Assembly: GCA_050613775.1 (NCBI GenBank)
Contig: JBODTK010000010.1
Location: 1,364,001 to 1,428,000 of the forward strand
DNA: 64,000 nt
Direction of reading: 5' to 3'
DNA from: Neocallimastix sp. 'constans'
Lineage: Eukaryota
In this document: positions 1 to 14,922 of the stretch, one piece after another
Layout of the letters: the number at the start of each line of letters is the position of its first letter
Numbering within the stretch: the first letter of the stretch is position 1
Position numbers and translations under genes: made by a program
The notes under the pieces: model-generated
Database searches by the model: none
What the model was told of the DNA's origin: nothing
Seen by the model: only the letters and a program-made list of their open reading frames with translations

Positions 1-579
<579 letters not shown>

Positions 580-1590
580 TTAGTTTAAAGACTTATTGTT
601 ATTATTAATATTATTGATACTAAGCTTTCCTTCTTCTTCCATTATGGCTAATTCACGATAAAAATATGGACAATCTTGTAATTTATATCCGAATTGATTG
701 CATTTAAAACATTTTAATGTTTTATTATTATTATTAATATAATTGTTATTATTGACATTATTATAATTATTATTTTTAACTTGTTTATTCAAATTCCTAT
801 CATTGTTTACATTGTTTGTGAGAAATCTTTCATTATTAATGTTATTATTGCTATTACTATTATATCTCGTATTATTGAAGTTATTATTTTATTAAGATTA
901 TTATCATTTTTCAAATAATTATTATTGAAATTGTTCCTATTGTAACTGTCAAAATTATTAAAATTGTTATTATGATAATTATTATAAGGGTCATATTGAG
1001 AATAGTTATTGTTTAATCCTTGATTAAATCGGTTATTGTATTCATTATTATTATAAAGATTAGAATAAGAATTGTAATAATTATTATACTTTCTATTATA
1101 TTTAAAATTCATATTTCCATTGTTATTAGGAATATTGAAGGATTTATTATTAGTATAAAGGACGGGATTTATGTTATTATCAAAAGTGTCATAATAAGGA
1201 TTATTGTGTAAGAAATTAAAAGGAGAGCTATTGGGCATATAATAAGGATTGAAAACTATTATTTTCATTTCCCAAAGCCATTATTATGTTATTCGGAATG
1301 TTTGGTGTTTCAGTTGCGTTTTCGGCTAATTCAGCAATTTGGAGTGCCTCTTCAAGTGTATCTGGTTGAGCAGTAATTACTTGGGTTCTGACAAAAGGTC
1401 TACTTGATATAGAATTACAATAATCTTTAATTGTGATAAATTCCTGGGATTCAGGGTTTAATGAATTATGTAAGTTATTATATCTCCAATTAAAATCCCT
1501 AATAGTTTCGTTTCTTCTTATTTTAAGTGCCTTTAAATTAAACCATTTTTCTTGTTGGGTAACTTCCAGATAATCTTCAATAGCGGTTTT
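580..1590 (-). pseudogene. gag: Frameshifted, 5'-truncated gag of A0
   Basis: Degenerate knuckle CFKCNQFGYKLQDC followed by ELAIMEEEG (A1: QLAELEEKG). Upstream EEALQIAELAE matches the A1/A2 gag core. Confidence 0.8.
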
Positions 1591-1754
1591 ATGTTTATTA
1601 AATCAAAATTAAATAAAAATATTAATTTAAATAATATGAAGAATTAATTTTATATTTCAATTATAAAATTAATAACAAAGAATAATTGAATAAAGAAAAT
1701 ATTTACATCTATTTAGTTTTTTTCACAAGAATTAAACTAATTTATATTTTAAAT

Positions 1755-1895
1755 AATAAAAGAAATAAAAGGGAATAAAAAGAAATAAAAAGAAATAAAA
1801 AGAAATAAAAAGAAATAAAAAGAAATAAAAAAAAAAATAATTAAAAAGAAATGAAAAGAAATAAAATAAATAAAAGGACATAAAAGGAAATAAAA
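1755..1895. repeat. Tandem decamer (AAAAGAAATA)n
   Basis: Directly visible. Confidence 0.85.
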
Positions 1896-4106
1896 GATGA
1901 TCATTTGTTTACAAGTTTAATATTTGCAATATTATTTTAAATTTTCAAGTTTAATATGTACAAGATTATTTAAAATTTTATTTACAAGTTTAATATTGTA
2001 AAGATTTAATAAAATCTTTAATAATTAATTATTACATAATTAATTAATGTAATAAAATTACATAAATTTATGATTTTCGTATATGAAAATTAATTATAAA
2101 TTTATGTAAACTTTTCATAAAGGAAAAATTATTATTTAAATAATTTTGGATAATAACTTAAATCTAAATAATTTATTTAAGTTAGTTAATTTAGTTTAGT
2201 TTATTTAAAATAGTTATTCTATTTAACTTAGTTAATTTAGTTTAGTTAGTTTAAAATACTTTAAAATTAATTTCGGAATAGTTTTAAATAGTTAAAATTA
2301 GTTTAAATAGTTTACAAAAATAGTTTTGAATTGTAAATATATAAACATTAGTATTAATAATATTTATATAATAAATATATAATAAATGAGTTGTTATTGA
2401 ATTTAATTATTATTTTAAATAAGTTGAAAGTTTATTAAATTAATTATTGTTTAGTTTAGTTAATTATTATTTAATAAAATTATTAATAAATATTTTGTTT
2501 ATAAATAAATAGTAATATATGTAAATTAGATAGAAATAATATATTATAATGTAATAATGAAAAAATATAAATACATGTAAATTTCTATAATTAAATCGAT
2601 GTATTAGTTATTGACTATATGATAGTTAATAACAAAAAAGAGATTTAATTTTTTTTAATTAATAAAGATTATTTTATTTAAAAAAAACGAATTTTTATTA
2701 CGTGTTTTTTTTTTTATTTTGGTGTTAAAATTTGTTATTTGTAATCTATTTCTGATAGAACTCTTTACAAATATTTATAAAATTATTTAAAATTTTATTT
2801 ACAAGTTTAATATTTAAAAAATTATTTAAAATTTTATTTGCAAGTTTATTTAATATATAAAGTTATTGTTAAAATAATAATTTAATATTAGAAATAATTA
2901 GGATTAAACATATTTTTTTTTTAACATTAAATATTAATTAACGAATTGATAATATTTGAAAAAAGAATATATTTATTATATTATATTTTAGAATATTATT
3001 AATAAAATATTGTTATTAATAATTGTTTGTAGTTTATTTATAATTTTGTTTATTATTTTATCTTTTATTTATTTTTATTATTATTAAGATAAAATTTTAT
3101 TATAATTTTTCTTAAAAGTATAATTTTATAGAAGAGTTCAATATAATTTTATTTTAAGTTTACGTTTGGGTATCTATTTAATAAATGGAATAAGCATTGG
3201 ATTAGGTTAGTATGATTAAATTTACAAATTATTGATTTATTATTTCATTATAATTTTTTGATTGGTAGACTCGGGGTTGACACGTATAGATTTAAAATCA
3301 AGCAGGGGGGACGGGTATTACCCTGTTTTGATTTTAAATAAAAAAAAATTTCTTTTTATTAAAATTTATTTATTATTTATTAATATTAAAATTTATTTTT
3401 TTAAAGTACATACATTTAATTTTTAAGAAATATTTACAATATTTATATTTTTTTATAAATTTAAAGTATAATTATTTGTTTATAATTTAAGTAATTTTAT
3501 AGAATTATTGAATTAATTTTATATCAATAATTCATTTTTGTTTTAATTTTTATAAATATAATAATATAATATTCAAATATAATTTAATTAAAGATAATTA
3601 TAAAATAAATATATAGAAAATAGTTTTACTATTTTCTTTGATATTTTTAAGTTAAATAAATTGTTTTTAAAGATTAATATAATAAATTAAATAATCTTTA
3701 ATTATTTTAAATAATACTTGTAATTATTTTCAAAAATAAAATAAAATTTTATAATATTTAATTAATAAGTTTGTTAATATTTAAATAATAAATTTTTATA
3801 ATAATTAATAATTTTTAATAATAATTTTTAATAATAAATTTAATTATCAAAATATCTTAAAAGTATATAATTTTTAATATTTACAATAATACTTTAATAT
3901 ATACATATGTTTAATAATATACAACAAATTAATTAATTAAAATTTATTAGATATTATTTGCAAGTTAAATTTAATTTATATTAAAATAAATTATTTATAC
4001 AATGAGGTTTAGGTTATGAAGAATATAGGAAAGAACACTTAATTAAAGAATAATTAATAATATTTTATAACAAAATAAATGTTATTAATTCATTCTTTAC
4101 TATGAT

Positions 4107-5020
4107 TGTAAGAAATAATAATAAATTTTTAAATTTTAATTATTATTTCTTATTATGTATTAATATATTAAATACTTAATAATTAGAAATACATTATTTT
4201 TACATTATCATTATTTATTTTGTAGCAATGTACTATAACTATTACATGTAAAATTATTTAAAAATTAGGAATAGTTAACCAATTATTAGTTAAACTTAAT
4301 AATTAAAAATTTTATTAATATTAGTTAATATTATTTAAATGTTTAGACATAATCAAAAATTATTTAAAATTTTTCATAACAAAAAATTTTTTCTAAATTT
4401 GGACAAATTTATTCAATTTTTAATTTTTTTTTTTTTTTTATTTATTATTTTGGACAAATTTATTCAATTTTTAATTTTTTTTATTTATTATTTTGGACAT
4501 TTAATTAAAATTATATATTATAAAAATAATTAGAAAATCGATCTTTAAGGTTTTCCCGGATACTGATTGGTATTGGTTTTACTTAATGATCCGATGATTA
4601 ATATGTTAGAATATTAATCGAAACTTATTTAGGTTTTTCTTCTAATCTTTTCCTAAATAAGAAATTTGTTAAGATTAGACAATATTTAATTTAAAATTTT
4701 GAAAAAGTATAAATAGAGACTCTTAAGTTCTTTTAGAAATTAAGAGTTATTATTATAAGAAAAATAATAATAACAATAAAATTTTATAAATTAATAGCAA
4801 TAAATTTATTCTTTTTTAATCTTAAAATAAATTTTATTTATTATTTTTTTTAAAAAAAAAAAAAAAATAAATTAAATTTATTTAAATTTTCTTATAATAA
4901 ACTCGATTTATTTTAATAAAACAAATTTAAATTTCTCAATTTTAGTTAATAATAATATTATTAATATAAAATTGTAGATTAGAAATTGATATAAAAGATT
5001 TTTTATTTCAATTTCTAACA
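4107..5020 (+). mobile_element. Solo LTR S-a (family S, diverged)
   Basis: TGTAAG...CTAACA, preceded by ATGAT. Shares internal motifs and the TATAAATA block with other S copies. Confidence 0.75.
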
Positions 5021-5024
5021 ATGA

Positions 5025-5979
5025 TGTAAGAATCTATAATTATTTTTAAATAAAATAATTATATTTTCTTAGTTAAAGTTATAATTATAGCTTTATTTAA
5101 TTATATAATATTTATTCATTTAAATATTATTAATAATTTATTTAACTCCATATTAAATATTCATTAATTTAATACAACAAAATTTATTTAATTAATTATT
5201 ATTCATATATTTATAAATAATTATAGTTTATTTAATTATACATTTAATTATTAAATTTATTAATTCTGGTTTATTTATTTAATTAAATTGTAAACAAATA
5301 TATTATGTATTCTAATATGCATTTTAATAATGTATTCTGTATTTTGTTTATTAATATCATTATGTTATTTTCCTTATTTGTAAATTTATGATTTTATGGT
5401 CGAAATATCTTTTATTATTTTATTCTTTTATTTTCGATCAATTAAATTAGATTAGCTAATCGGTCAATTAGGGTTTTTCCCAATCACTTTTTAAAAGTAA
5501 TTGATTTTACCTAATTGATACGATGATCGATATGGATAGAATATCGATCAAAAAATCTTATCTAGGTTTTTCTCTCTAATCTTTTCCTAGATAAGAGATC
5601 TGTTAAGATTAGAAAACATTTTTAATTTAACCTTATTTTTCAAAAAAGTATAAATAATGCTCTTGAATTCTCTTTGAGAAATCAAGAGTTATTATTATAA
5701 CAATTATAATATAGTAATAACATTAATAAATTTTTTATATTTCCATTTTAATAAAGCAAGTTTTAATAAAACAAATTTAAAAATAAAATAAAATAATCTT
5801 TTTTCTTTGACAATTCTGTGTTATTAGTTTATTATAATTAGTTATAATAAACTCTATCCTATAGAGATAAGTATATTTATCTTTTTTGCTTTCTCAATTT
5901 AATAATAATTATTATTTAGTTATTATTAAATTGTAGTTAATAATTTAATTATAATTAATTTTATAATTAAATTATTACA
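5025..5979 (+). mobile_element. Solo LTR S-b
   Basis: TGTAAGAATC...ATTACA; TSD AATGA at 5020-5024 and 5980-5984. Confidence 0.85.
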
Positions 5980-5985
5980 AATGAT

Positions 5986-6487
5986 TGATACGATATTTTT
6001 ATTAAACATCAATATCAATATTTATTTTATTTTATTTGGACGATAACAGTAGGGAATAATTGACAAAATAATATATTCTAATATTATATAGAATAATACA
6101 CACAATAATAATATTCACACTTTAATATTTAGTTTATTTATTTTATTTATTTATTATCATTCATCAATAAAAATACATCATCAATATAAATATCTGTTAA
6201 CTAGTTAAAATAGAATTAAATCATTTAATAAAATATAATTATTTACTCAAATTTCTTATGTTATTAATGTAAACTAAATATAAAACTATACTAAACTATA
6301 CTAATAAACATGTTTATAGGTTAAATTATTAATAAAACTAAATTAATATTAATAAAAGAACCATTCTTTATTATTATTTACTTACTATATATAATATTAC
6401 TAAATTATTATTAACCAATAAGATTTCATCAAATAATTTCTAACCTAAGTTTCACTAAATTATGGTATTTATGGTGGTACCGTATCA
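5986..6487. mobile_element. Solo LTR, family-A-like
   Basis: TGATACG...CGTATCA inverted termini; 4-bp duplication TGAT at 5982-5985 and 6488-6491. Similar to 30207-30556. Confidence 0.8.
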
Positions 6488-6491
6488 TGAT

Positions 6492-7395
6492 TGTAAAGAA
6501 TAATAATTAATTTTTATTAAAATAAAAAAATAATTATTAACCTTTATTAAATAAAATAATATTTATTTAATAAAATTTATTAACTTTATTATAAAATATT
6601 TTTAATATAAAATTATTATTAATAATTTAAAATTAATATTGTAAAATTATTATTCTTTATCATTGTATTAATTAATAATATTAAAATAATTAAACATTAA
6701 TATTTTTTATATTTGTTAAAATTCATTTGATAATTAAATGTTAAGTTTTAATTTAAATAATTGTTACATTAATATAATTTTAAACAAATCTAATATAAAT
6801 TATAGAATTATAATTTAGAAATAATTATAAAATTATATTAAAAATCATAATGTAACAAATCAAATGAAAAAAGAATAATTAATATTTAAAAAATTAATTA
6901 AAATAAAACAATGTCATGTATAATTGACATTGTTTAAATAAAACAAATGTTAATTGAAGTTTTCCGATTGGAAATTATCGGTTTTTATTCAATTAACATA
7001 TGATCAATTTTATTAATAATTGATCATTAAACTTTTTAGGTTTTTCTCCCAAATCTTTTCCTAAAAAGTTATTCATTAAGATTTGGAACTTTACTATAAA
7101 TAATTCTTGATTTTCTTTATTTTGAAAATCAAGAGTTATTATTATAAGAATATAATTATAATAATAAACAAAATAAATTTTTAATTTTTTAAAAAATAAC
7201 AAAAATCTAAATAAAAATTATTTTTAATAAAAAATATTTTAATAAAAATTTTATTTGAACTAATCTCTTATAATAAACTCCTACCCTATTTTAAGTTTCG
7301 TTAAGTATTTTCTTTTTTTTTAATTTCTCAATTAATATTAGTATTAATTGTAGAAAAGGGTTAAATTTAATTAAGTTTAAATTTAATTCTTTAGA
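6492..7395 (+). mobile_element. Solo LTR S-c (diverged)
   Basis: TGTAAAG...TTTAGA, flanked by ATGAT on both sides, with S-family internal motifs. Confidence 0.75.
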
Positions 7396-7400
7396 ATGAT

Positions 7401-8184
7401 TGTAAGAATCTATAATTATTTTTAACAAAATAATTATATTTTCTTAGTTAGGTTATAATTAATATAACTTTTATTTAACTCATATTTCATTTATACAATT
7501 AATTATAATTAATAATTTATTTAATTATATATTAAAATTTTATTTAGTTTAATATTAAAAATTTATTTAATCAAATAATTTTTATACATTTAAAATAATA
7601 TTAAATTTATTTAATTATTCACTTAATTATTAAATTTATTAGTTTTAGTTTTCTCTCACTTATTAAATCATAAACTAAAACACTATTCTGTATTTTATCA
7701 TGTATTCTGTATTCTATCATGTATTCTGTATTGTATTAATCATGTATTTTATTATTAATGTATTGTTTTATATTTTTTATGTAAAGTTCTATAAAATAGA
7801 ACTAAATAGATTAAATTTTAAATTTTATGATCGAAATAATTTTCATTATTTTATTCTTTTATTTTCGATCATTATATTAGATTAAGTAATCGGTTAATTA
7901 AGGTTTTTCCAATTACTTCTTAAAAGTAATCGGTTTTACTTAATTAACGCGATGATCGATATGGATAGAATATCGATCAAAAAACTTATCTAGGTTTTTC
8001 TTCTAGTCTTTTCCTAGATAAGAGATTTGTTAAGATTAGAACCCCTTTTGATTTTAACCTTATTTTGACAAAAAAGTATAAATAAGGCTCTTGAGTTCTC
8101 TTTGAGAAATCAAGAGTTATTATTATAACAATTATAATATAATAATAATAACAATAAGTTTTAACATTTAAAATTTTTAATAAA
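7401..8184 (+). mobile_element. Solo LTR S-d, 5' part (continues at 14156-14187 and, inverted, at 15947-15760)
   Basis: Colinear with S-b; interrupted by C1 and a B LTR. Confidence 0.85.
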
Positions 8185-9064
8185 TGTAACAAATCTTAAT
8201 GTTACTTAAGATTGTTATAAGGTTTTTTACACAAAAGGTTCTCGACACTAAAGTAATTCAAAATATGTTTTATTAAAATAAGTTTTTTTTATTAGTAAAA
8301 ATATAAATTATTATTTTATTAATTAATCATTGTAATATTTTAAATTACTTTAAAATTAATTAATAAAAGCACAAGTAAAAATATTTTATTATGAAATTTT
8401 ACACCTATTTATAGTTTTTCAGGAAAATTAATTATTTTAAGTTATCAGTTGTTATTAGTAATTATTAGAAATAAAAGAAAATTAAAGAAAATTAAAGAAA
8501 ACAAGTTTTCTTTCTAGAAAATGAATCTTAGATAAAAAATGATAAAAAATATTAATAAAATAGATTTTTCTAGTTTTATCGGTTCAATTGTTTAACCGAT
8601 AAACACTAGTAATTTCTTTAATATTCTAGTTATAATAAATAAAAAGTTATTAAAATTTAGAAAGAGTGGGTGTCGAACCCTAAGGGTTCAGCCCGATGGT
8701 TATGGTAACTTACCATTGAACCATAGTTACTAATTTACTAGTTATGAGTTTCGTTACATGGTCCTCCTCTAGGATTCGGATACCAGACGAATCTCAAAAC
8801 TAGGCTAAACTATACTAAGAAAATTTTATTTAATTATTTTAATATATAAATTATTTTAATAGTTATTTGGTGTAAAATTTCAATACATGATAAACATAAA
8901 AATACATTATTAATAATAAGGTTACATGAATTTAAATAATATTTATATTAATAAGTAAAAATAATAAAGATTATTGATATTGATATTAATAGAAATAAAT
9001 TTGATATTAATAAATATAAATTTTTGTATAATTAATATTATAGATTCATTTTCTAAATATAAGT

Positions 9065-11965
9065 TTATTTGTTTGATTTATTAAATTTTTTGAGTATTTC
9101 TGGACAGTTGAGGTTTTCTTCCGGTTCCCAAGATGCTTCAGATAAAGGATATCCTTTCCACTTAATAAGATATTGAATCTTTCCATAATGTTTTCTTTTA
9201 TCAAGTATTTCTTCTACTTCATATTCTTCTTCATCATTAACTATAATTGGAGGTGGAGGTTCCTTTTTTCTTTTAAAATTGTCTTTGTAGTATGGCTCAA
9301 GTTCTGATACATGGATAATTGGGTGTATTCTTATATTTTTTGGAAAATCAATTTTGTATGTTACTGGAGAGACTTTTTCAATTATTTTATAAGGTCCTAA
9401 CTTTCTTGGTTTTAATTTTTTATTTTTATTTCTTAATATGAGTGAACTGTTTATCCAAACTTTGTCGTTTACTTTGAATTCAGGTGCTTTAATTCTGTGT
9501 TGGTTGGCGAATTTTTCTTGTTTATTTCTTGCTTGTTTTAAATTTTCTTTTAATTGTTTGAAAAGTTTCGCTAAGTTTGTTGTAAATTCTTCAGCACGCG
9601 GAACATCAATAGAACTTGGCACAGCTGGTGAGAAGCGAGGGTTGTAACCATAATTTGCGTAGAAAGGTGATTTATTTAATGATTTTTGAATAGAATTGTT
9701 GTAGCAGAATTCAGCAAGGAATAGATAATTATGCCAATTTGAACCTTTAAAATTAGAGTAACATATGAGAAATTGTTCTACAACGGAGTTCACCCTCTCC
9801 GTTAAACCGTTAGTTTGATGGTGAAAGGGAGAAGAAAGTTTCATTGAGATATTGAGAGTTTTGCAAATAGAAGTCCAGAATTTAGAAGTGAATTGAGTAC
9901 CTCTATCTGAAAGAATTTCATTTGGTAATCCATGAAGTCTGAAAATATGAGTCATGAATGCCTTAGCAGTATCTTCAGAAGAAGGAACGTTAGGAAATGG
10001 GATGAAGTGACCCATTTTTGTGAATCTATCGAGAACAACAAAAATACAAGTATATCCATTAGATGAAGGGAGATTAGTGATGAAATCCATGGAAAGCGAA
10101 GTCCAAGGTCGGTCAGGAATTTCTAGTGGGTTCAGAAATCCATAAGGTTTGTGTCTAGAATCCTTTGAACGACAACAGATTTCACAAGATTTAATATAGT
10201 CTTTAATATCTTTTTGCATAGATGACCACCAAAAGTCACGATTGATTAAGGAGAAAGTTTTCTTGAAACCAAAATGACCAGCAGATGGGGAGTCATGACA
10301 GATATTTAATACGGAAGAACGACAGTTAAGGGGAACATAAATTTTTCCATCAAAGAGTAAGAAGTTGTTACTTAAAGAAAATTTATTAGATTCTGGGAAG
10401 TCTTGTTTAGAGTTGAGTTTTTTGCAGATTTCATTATAATATTTATCTTTCTTGTATTCATGGAGTATTTGATCATTTAAAGAGGCAATGGAAGTGGTAG
10501 CGCAAAAATTTTCAGGTTTTAAGACGTTGAAAGGAATATCAGAGGACAGTTCTTCTTCATTTGATGCATAATCAGGTCTTCGAGAAAGTGCATTCGCATA
10601 TATTTCGCTAAAAATATCCTTAAATGGAAGTAATTTCTTTGGTAATGATTTATTTACTATATTACTTTCTTTATCTTCTTCTTCTTTATCATTCTTTTTA
10701 ATAGTATTTAAAGGAACATAAGTAGTGAAGGCGCTGGGAAGTACAAGACAATTGGAAATACAATAGTTGGATTTGAAAGAGAGTTCTTTTGAGGCAAAGT
10801 CTATAGTGGGATTATGAGTTTCTAGCCAGTCAATGCCTAAAATAGCACAATACGAAGGAAGGTCAACAACATAGAAACTTGTTTTACATATGTGGTTTTT
10901 ATATTTTAAGGATATTGGTGCAGTTTTACCTATGATTGACTGAATACCACCGATTCCAGATACGTTAGGGAGATTACATTCACTAGAGTAAGGAATATTG
11001 TTTTCTTTTGCGAAGTATACATCCATTAAATTAAGTTGAGAGCCGCAGTCCAGAAGAATTTTAGTTTTTGTAGAGATATTGGAAACATTAAGAGAGAATT
11101 CAAAAATTGGTAGCTTTACATCGGGTTGATCAGAAATTCTTATTCTTGGAATGGTTTTAGGTTCAAGATTAGTGATATGAGAACTGCTTGAAGAGGCTTT
11201 ATTTCTGTTTACTAGTGGGCAATGGTCAAGGGAATGGTTAGCTGATCCACAATAGGCACAAAGATGTTCTTTTCTTCTTCTTTCCTTTTCTTCATTAGAC
11301 AAAGGACCTCGGGTATTGAATTTGAAAGGCTTTTTCCCTTTATTTTGTCTTCTATTATTATTATTTCTGTTATTATTTCTGTTATCATTATTATTATTAT
11401 TATTTGATCCGTTTTGTGGATTAGAAAATTGTCTATGAGCAGCAATACGACTATCTAGTCTAGAGGCAATAGTTTGTAATGCGAAAAGAGATCTTGGTCC
11501 TGGAAACATTTCATATATTTTGGTAGCAATTTGATCGTTAAGTCCATTGAGGAAAGCATCCATTTTAGCTTCTTCATTCCATGAAGATTCGTCAGAATAT
11601 CTATTGAATTCGAGAATATAGTTTGTTATTTCACCGATGCGTCTTTGTTTAATTGTCTTCAATTTCTGGTTAGCAATGAAAGTCGAATCGTAGCTCCCAA
11701 AAGTAGCCTTAAATCTTGAGGTGAATTGTTGATAGTTATTTAAACATGGATCGTTATTTTCAATTAAAGTAGCAGCCCAGTTCATTGCAGAGCTGTAGAG
11801 TCTAGAAATGATATACGCAACCTTTATTGGATCATTATTAAATCGTTCGGGATCAAGCATGAATATTAAATTCATTTTTGCTAAAAATCCTTTAAAGTAA
11901 CGACGATCTCCAGCGAATCCATCTTTATTGGTAGCACTGGCATTTAAAAAGGTATCTTCTTCCAT
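9065..11965 (-). CDS. Gag-protease-integrase-chromodomain polyprotein lacking RT and RNase H
   Basis: [14 protein letters not shown] knuckle, LLDCGS protease, HHCC/DDE integrase, GPY, chromodomain [22 protein letters not shown]. No YxDD motif. Confidence 0.9.
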   Translation of the reverse strand: MEEDTFLNASATNKDGFAGDRRYFKGFLAKMNLIFMLDPERFNNDPIKVAYIISRLYSSAMNWAATLIENNDPCLNNYQQFTSRFKATFGSYDSTFIANQKLKTIKQRRIGEITNYILEFNRYSDESSWNEEAKMDAFLNGLNDQIATKIYEMFPGPRSLFALQTIASRLDSRIAAHRQFSNPQNGSNNNNNNDNRNNNRNNNNRRQNKGKKPFKFNTRGPLSNEEKERRRKEHLCAYCGSANHSLDHCPLVNRNKASSSSSHITNLEPKTIPRIRISDQPDVKLPIFEFSLNVSNISTKTKILLDCGSQLNLMDVYFAKENNIPYSSECNLPNVSGIGGIQSIIGKTAPISLKYKNHICKTSFYVVDLPSYCAILGIDWLETHNPTIDFASKELSFKSNYCISNCLVLPSAFTTYVPLNTIKKNDKEEEDKESNIVNKSLPKKLLPFKDIFSEIYANALSRRPDYASNEEELSSDIPFNVLKPENFCATTSIASLNDQILHEYKKDKYYNEICKKLNSKQDFPESNKFSLSNNFLLFDGKIYVPLNCRSSVLNICHDSPSAGHFGFKKTFSLINRDFWWSSMQKDIKDYIKSCEICCRSKDSRHKPYGFLNPLEIPDRPWTSLSMDFITNLPSSNGYTCIFVVLDRFTKMGHFIPFPNVPSSEDTAKAFMTHIFRLHGLPNEILSDRGTQFTSKFWTSICKTLNISMKLSSPFHHQTNGLTERVNSVVEQFLICYSNFKGSNWHNYLFLAEFCYNNSIQKSLNKSPFYANYGYNPRFSPAVPSSIDVPRAEEFTTNLAKLFKQLKENLKQARNKQEKFANQHRIKAPEFKVNDKVWINSSLILRNKNKKLKPRKLGPYKIIEKVSPVTYKIDFPKNIRIHPIIHVSELEPYYKDNFKRKKEPPPPIIVNDEEEYEVEEILDKRKHYGKIQYLIKWKGYPLSEASWEPEENLNCPEILKKFNKSNK

Positions 11966-12642
11966 TTTCTTGCTTTTTCAAAATAGATTTATTTGATAAT
12001 TTAATTATTGAAGAACTTTTATTTAAGGTAAATACAATTTAAATTTCGCTTTTAATGCCTTACAACTAAAAAAAAACCGGCAAAAGCTACTAACTAGAGG
12101 TATATACTAGACCTCAAAATAAAATTAAAAACTATATATTTTAATGTCGCTTTACCTTCACGACCAACCTATAGCCTTCGGTGACTATAGTTCCTTATTC
12201 GCCAGAGCTTATTCGAATAGAGCAACCACCGAACTGTTGAAGTTAGTTGGTAGGATGTGGTTCTCTTTTAATCCACACTCTCTTTACACTCTAGGGTTTT
12301 GAAGCCCGTTTATATTCAAATAATTAACGACTATAGTTTCTAACCTACTGAAACTAGTTAATATACGCCGAAACTCTGTTTATGAGCTCTAACCGCTCTT
12401 AGTATATTTATCGTATTACCTTAAAAGATGGACACGAAAACTTATTAAAAATTAAAAATTCTTTTTTTTTTTTTTGTGTTGCTGTTCTTTCAGTGAATTT
12501 TAACTGAAAGAGCTGAGATGTAGGGCTTACGTCTGAGCCTACCAGCGAGGGCCAACACAAAATTAAGGAATTAAATAAAAAGAATAAAAGAGAATAAGGA
12601 TTGTCTATACAGATTCTCCTTATTAGTAAATTTTATTAAAAA

Positions 12643-12674
<32 letters not shown>

Positions 12675-13383
12675 TTATTTAGCTAATTATTAATATATGT
12701 ATTTAGTTTTAAGTATTAATTTATCTAAAATATATTATATTCCTTCACTTAGATTATAGTTAAATTTTATCCAAAATTATGTATATGTCCACTTAATTTT
12801 CTTTCAGAATTTATCTAATAAATAGTATATTTGTTCAATTAGTTTTACTATAAATTTATCTAATAAATAATATATTTGTTCAATTAATTTTACTATAGAA
12901 TTTATCTAATAAATAGTATATTTGTTCAATTAATTTTACTATAAATTTATCTAATAAATAATATATTAGTTCAATTAATTTTATTATAATATTTATCTAA
13001 GATACTATATATTCATTCACCTAAATATATTATAGAATATAGGGTTAGGGTTATATATTCATTTAATAATAAAATTTTTTTTTTTTTTTTTTATTAAAAT
13101 CCAAAAGGTATAGGTAGAGTTTCAAAGAGGAATCCAAAGGTAGATAGAATTTAATTTGAAAGTATGTTTATAATAAAGAGTAAGCGAAGAATCTAAGGAA
13201 AAATTGGGCAAGAATTTGAGTAAAGAAGGAATACAAAAGAAAGGTAGATAACCTATAAAAAGAAATAATCCAAAAGATACTAGATTCAAGAATAGAATTT
13301 TTTAAGGAAGTATTCCACAGAAAAAATATTGTTTTGGTGATAATATAATTATTAGCGGTAGCCCAAGAGTTGTTTAAAGTTTT

Positions 13384-13532
13384 AAAAGAGTAGATTCCAA
13401 AAGAGTAGATTCCAAAAGAGTAGATTTCAAAAAAGTAGATTCTTAAAAGAGTAGATTCCAAAAGAGTAGATTCCAAAAGAGTAGATTTCAAAAAATTAGA
13501 TTCTTAAAAGAGTAGATTCCAAAAGATAGATT
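13384..13532. repeat. ~15-16-bp tandem repeat (AAAAGAGTAGATTCC)n in the C1 5' leader
   Basis: Directly visible, next to the PBS. Confidence 0.9.
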
Positions 13533-14187
13533 TGTCTCGAGAAGGTTTCGTGTTTTTTGTCAAAGGGTGCTTTTATTGTAACAAATCTTAATGTTACTTA
13601 AGATTGTTATAAGGTTTTTTACACAAAAGGTTCTCGACACTAAAGTAATTCAAAATATGTTTTATTAAAATAAGTTTTTTTTATTAGTAAAAATATAAAT
13701 TATTATTTTATTAATTAATCATTGTAATATTTTAAATTACTTTAAAATTAATTAATAAAAGCACAAGTAAAAATATTTTATTATGAAATTTTACACCTAT
13801 TTATAGTTTTTCAGGAAAATTAATTATTTTAAGTTATCAGTTGTTATTAGTAATTATTAGAAATAAAAGAAAATTAAAGAAAATTAAAGAAAACAAGTTT
13901 TCTTTCTAGAAAATGAATCTTAGATAAAAAATGATAAAAAATATTAATAAAATAGATTTTTCTAGTTTTATCGGTTCAATTGTTTAACCGATAAACACTA
14001 GTAATTTCTTTAATATTCTAGTTATAATAAATAAAAAGTTATTAAAATTTGGAAAGAGTGGGTGTCGAACCCTAAGGGTTCAGCCCGATGGTTATGGTAA
14101 CTTACAATTGAACCATAGTTACTAATTTACTAGTTATGAGTTTCGTTACAATAAATAATAAAACAAATTATTTTAATAAAACAAATT

Positions 14188-14922
14188 TGTCGAAATTACA
14201 ACTGAATTAAATTTCAATTTCAATTAATTTCAATTAAAATTATTAAAAACAAAATAATTAATAAAAATTTATAATTCATTAATTATTCTTTAAATTTTAT
14301 TTATTTTATAATATTATAAGTTATTTGATCATCTTAGGACCAGCTTAGGCCTACTGATTCTAATGATATCATATTAAACTTAAATATTATTAATAAATAA
14401 AATATTTATTAACATGAATCATTTGGTCATGTCATCCTTGATTCATAAATTAATGTTTATGTATTAATTTATGTTATATTGATTTAATTAATTATTAATT
14501 ATTAATTACTATATTAAATATTTAAATTTAATATTATATTATATATATTAGCTAATATATTAGATTAAAAAATATAATTTATTTATATTAAACATATTCT
14601 TATACTAAATATTATTATTATCAACTTTATATTATTATTATCAATATTCTCAAACCTACAAAGTATAAAAAGAAAATTCAAATTTATCTTTTTGTCCTTT
14701 GTAAGGTTATAGTTAACCTATTATAATATAACTATATATTTTTATTAATAAATAAAAATTTTTATCATATCAAACCAATTATTAGTTTTAATTAAGTGTT
14801 AAATTAACAAATTTAACTTTATAACTCTTTTATTTTAGTAATTTACTTATATCTATATAGTTATATTATATAGATATATCAACCTGATTCCTCGTTAAAT
14901 TCAACCTGTTTACTTTTTAACA
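14188..14922 (+). mobile_element. Family-B solo LTR (735 bp), flanks swapped by inversion
   Basis: TGTCGAA...TTAACA; flanks AAATT and TACAA. Confidence 0.95.

Larger units (their letters stand above)
8185..14150 (-). mobile_element. Chromovirus C1, internally deleted; LTRs 8185-8758 and 13577-14150
   Basis: 574-bp TG..CA LTRs (I saw 2 differences), TSD ATAAA at 8180-8184 and 14151-14155, PPT at 8759-8771. Confidence 0.95.

Noticed and set aside
4339..8192. Short ORFs within S LTRs
   Set aside because: AT-biased and not conserved between copies.
13168..13491. 107-aa ORF with STLLE repeats
   Set aside because: Translation of the leader tandem repeat; no domain.
13384..13532. CRISPR-like periodicity (also 36387-36568)
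   Set aside because: No unique spacers or cas genes; eukaryotic retroelement leaders.
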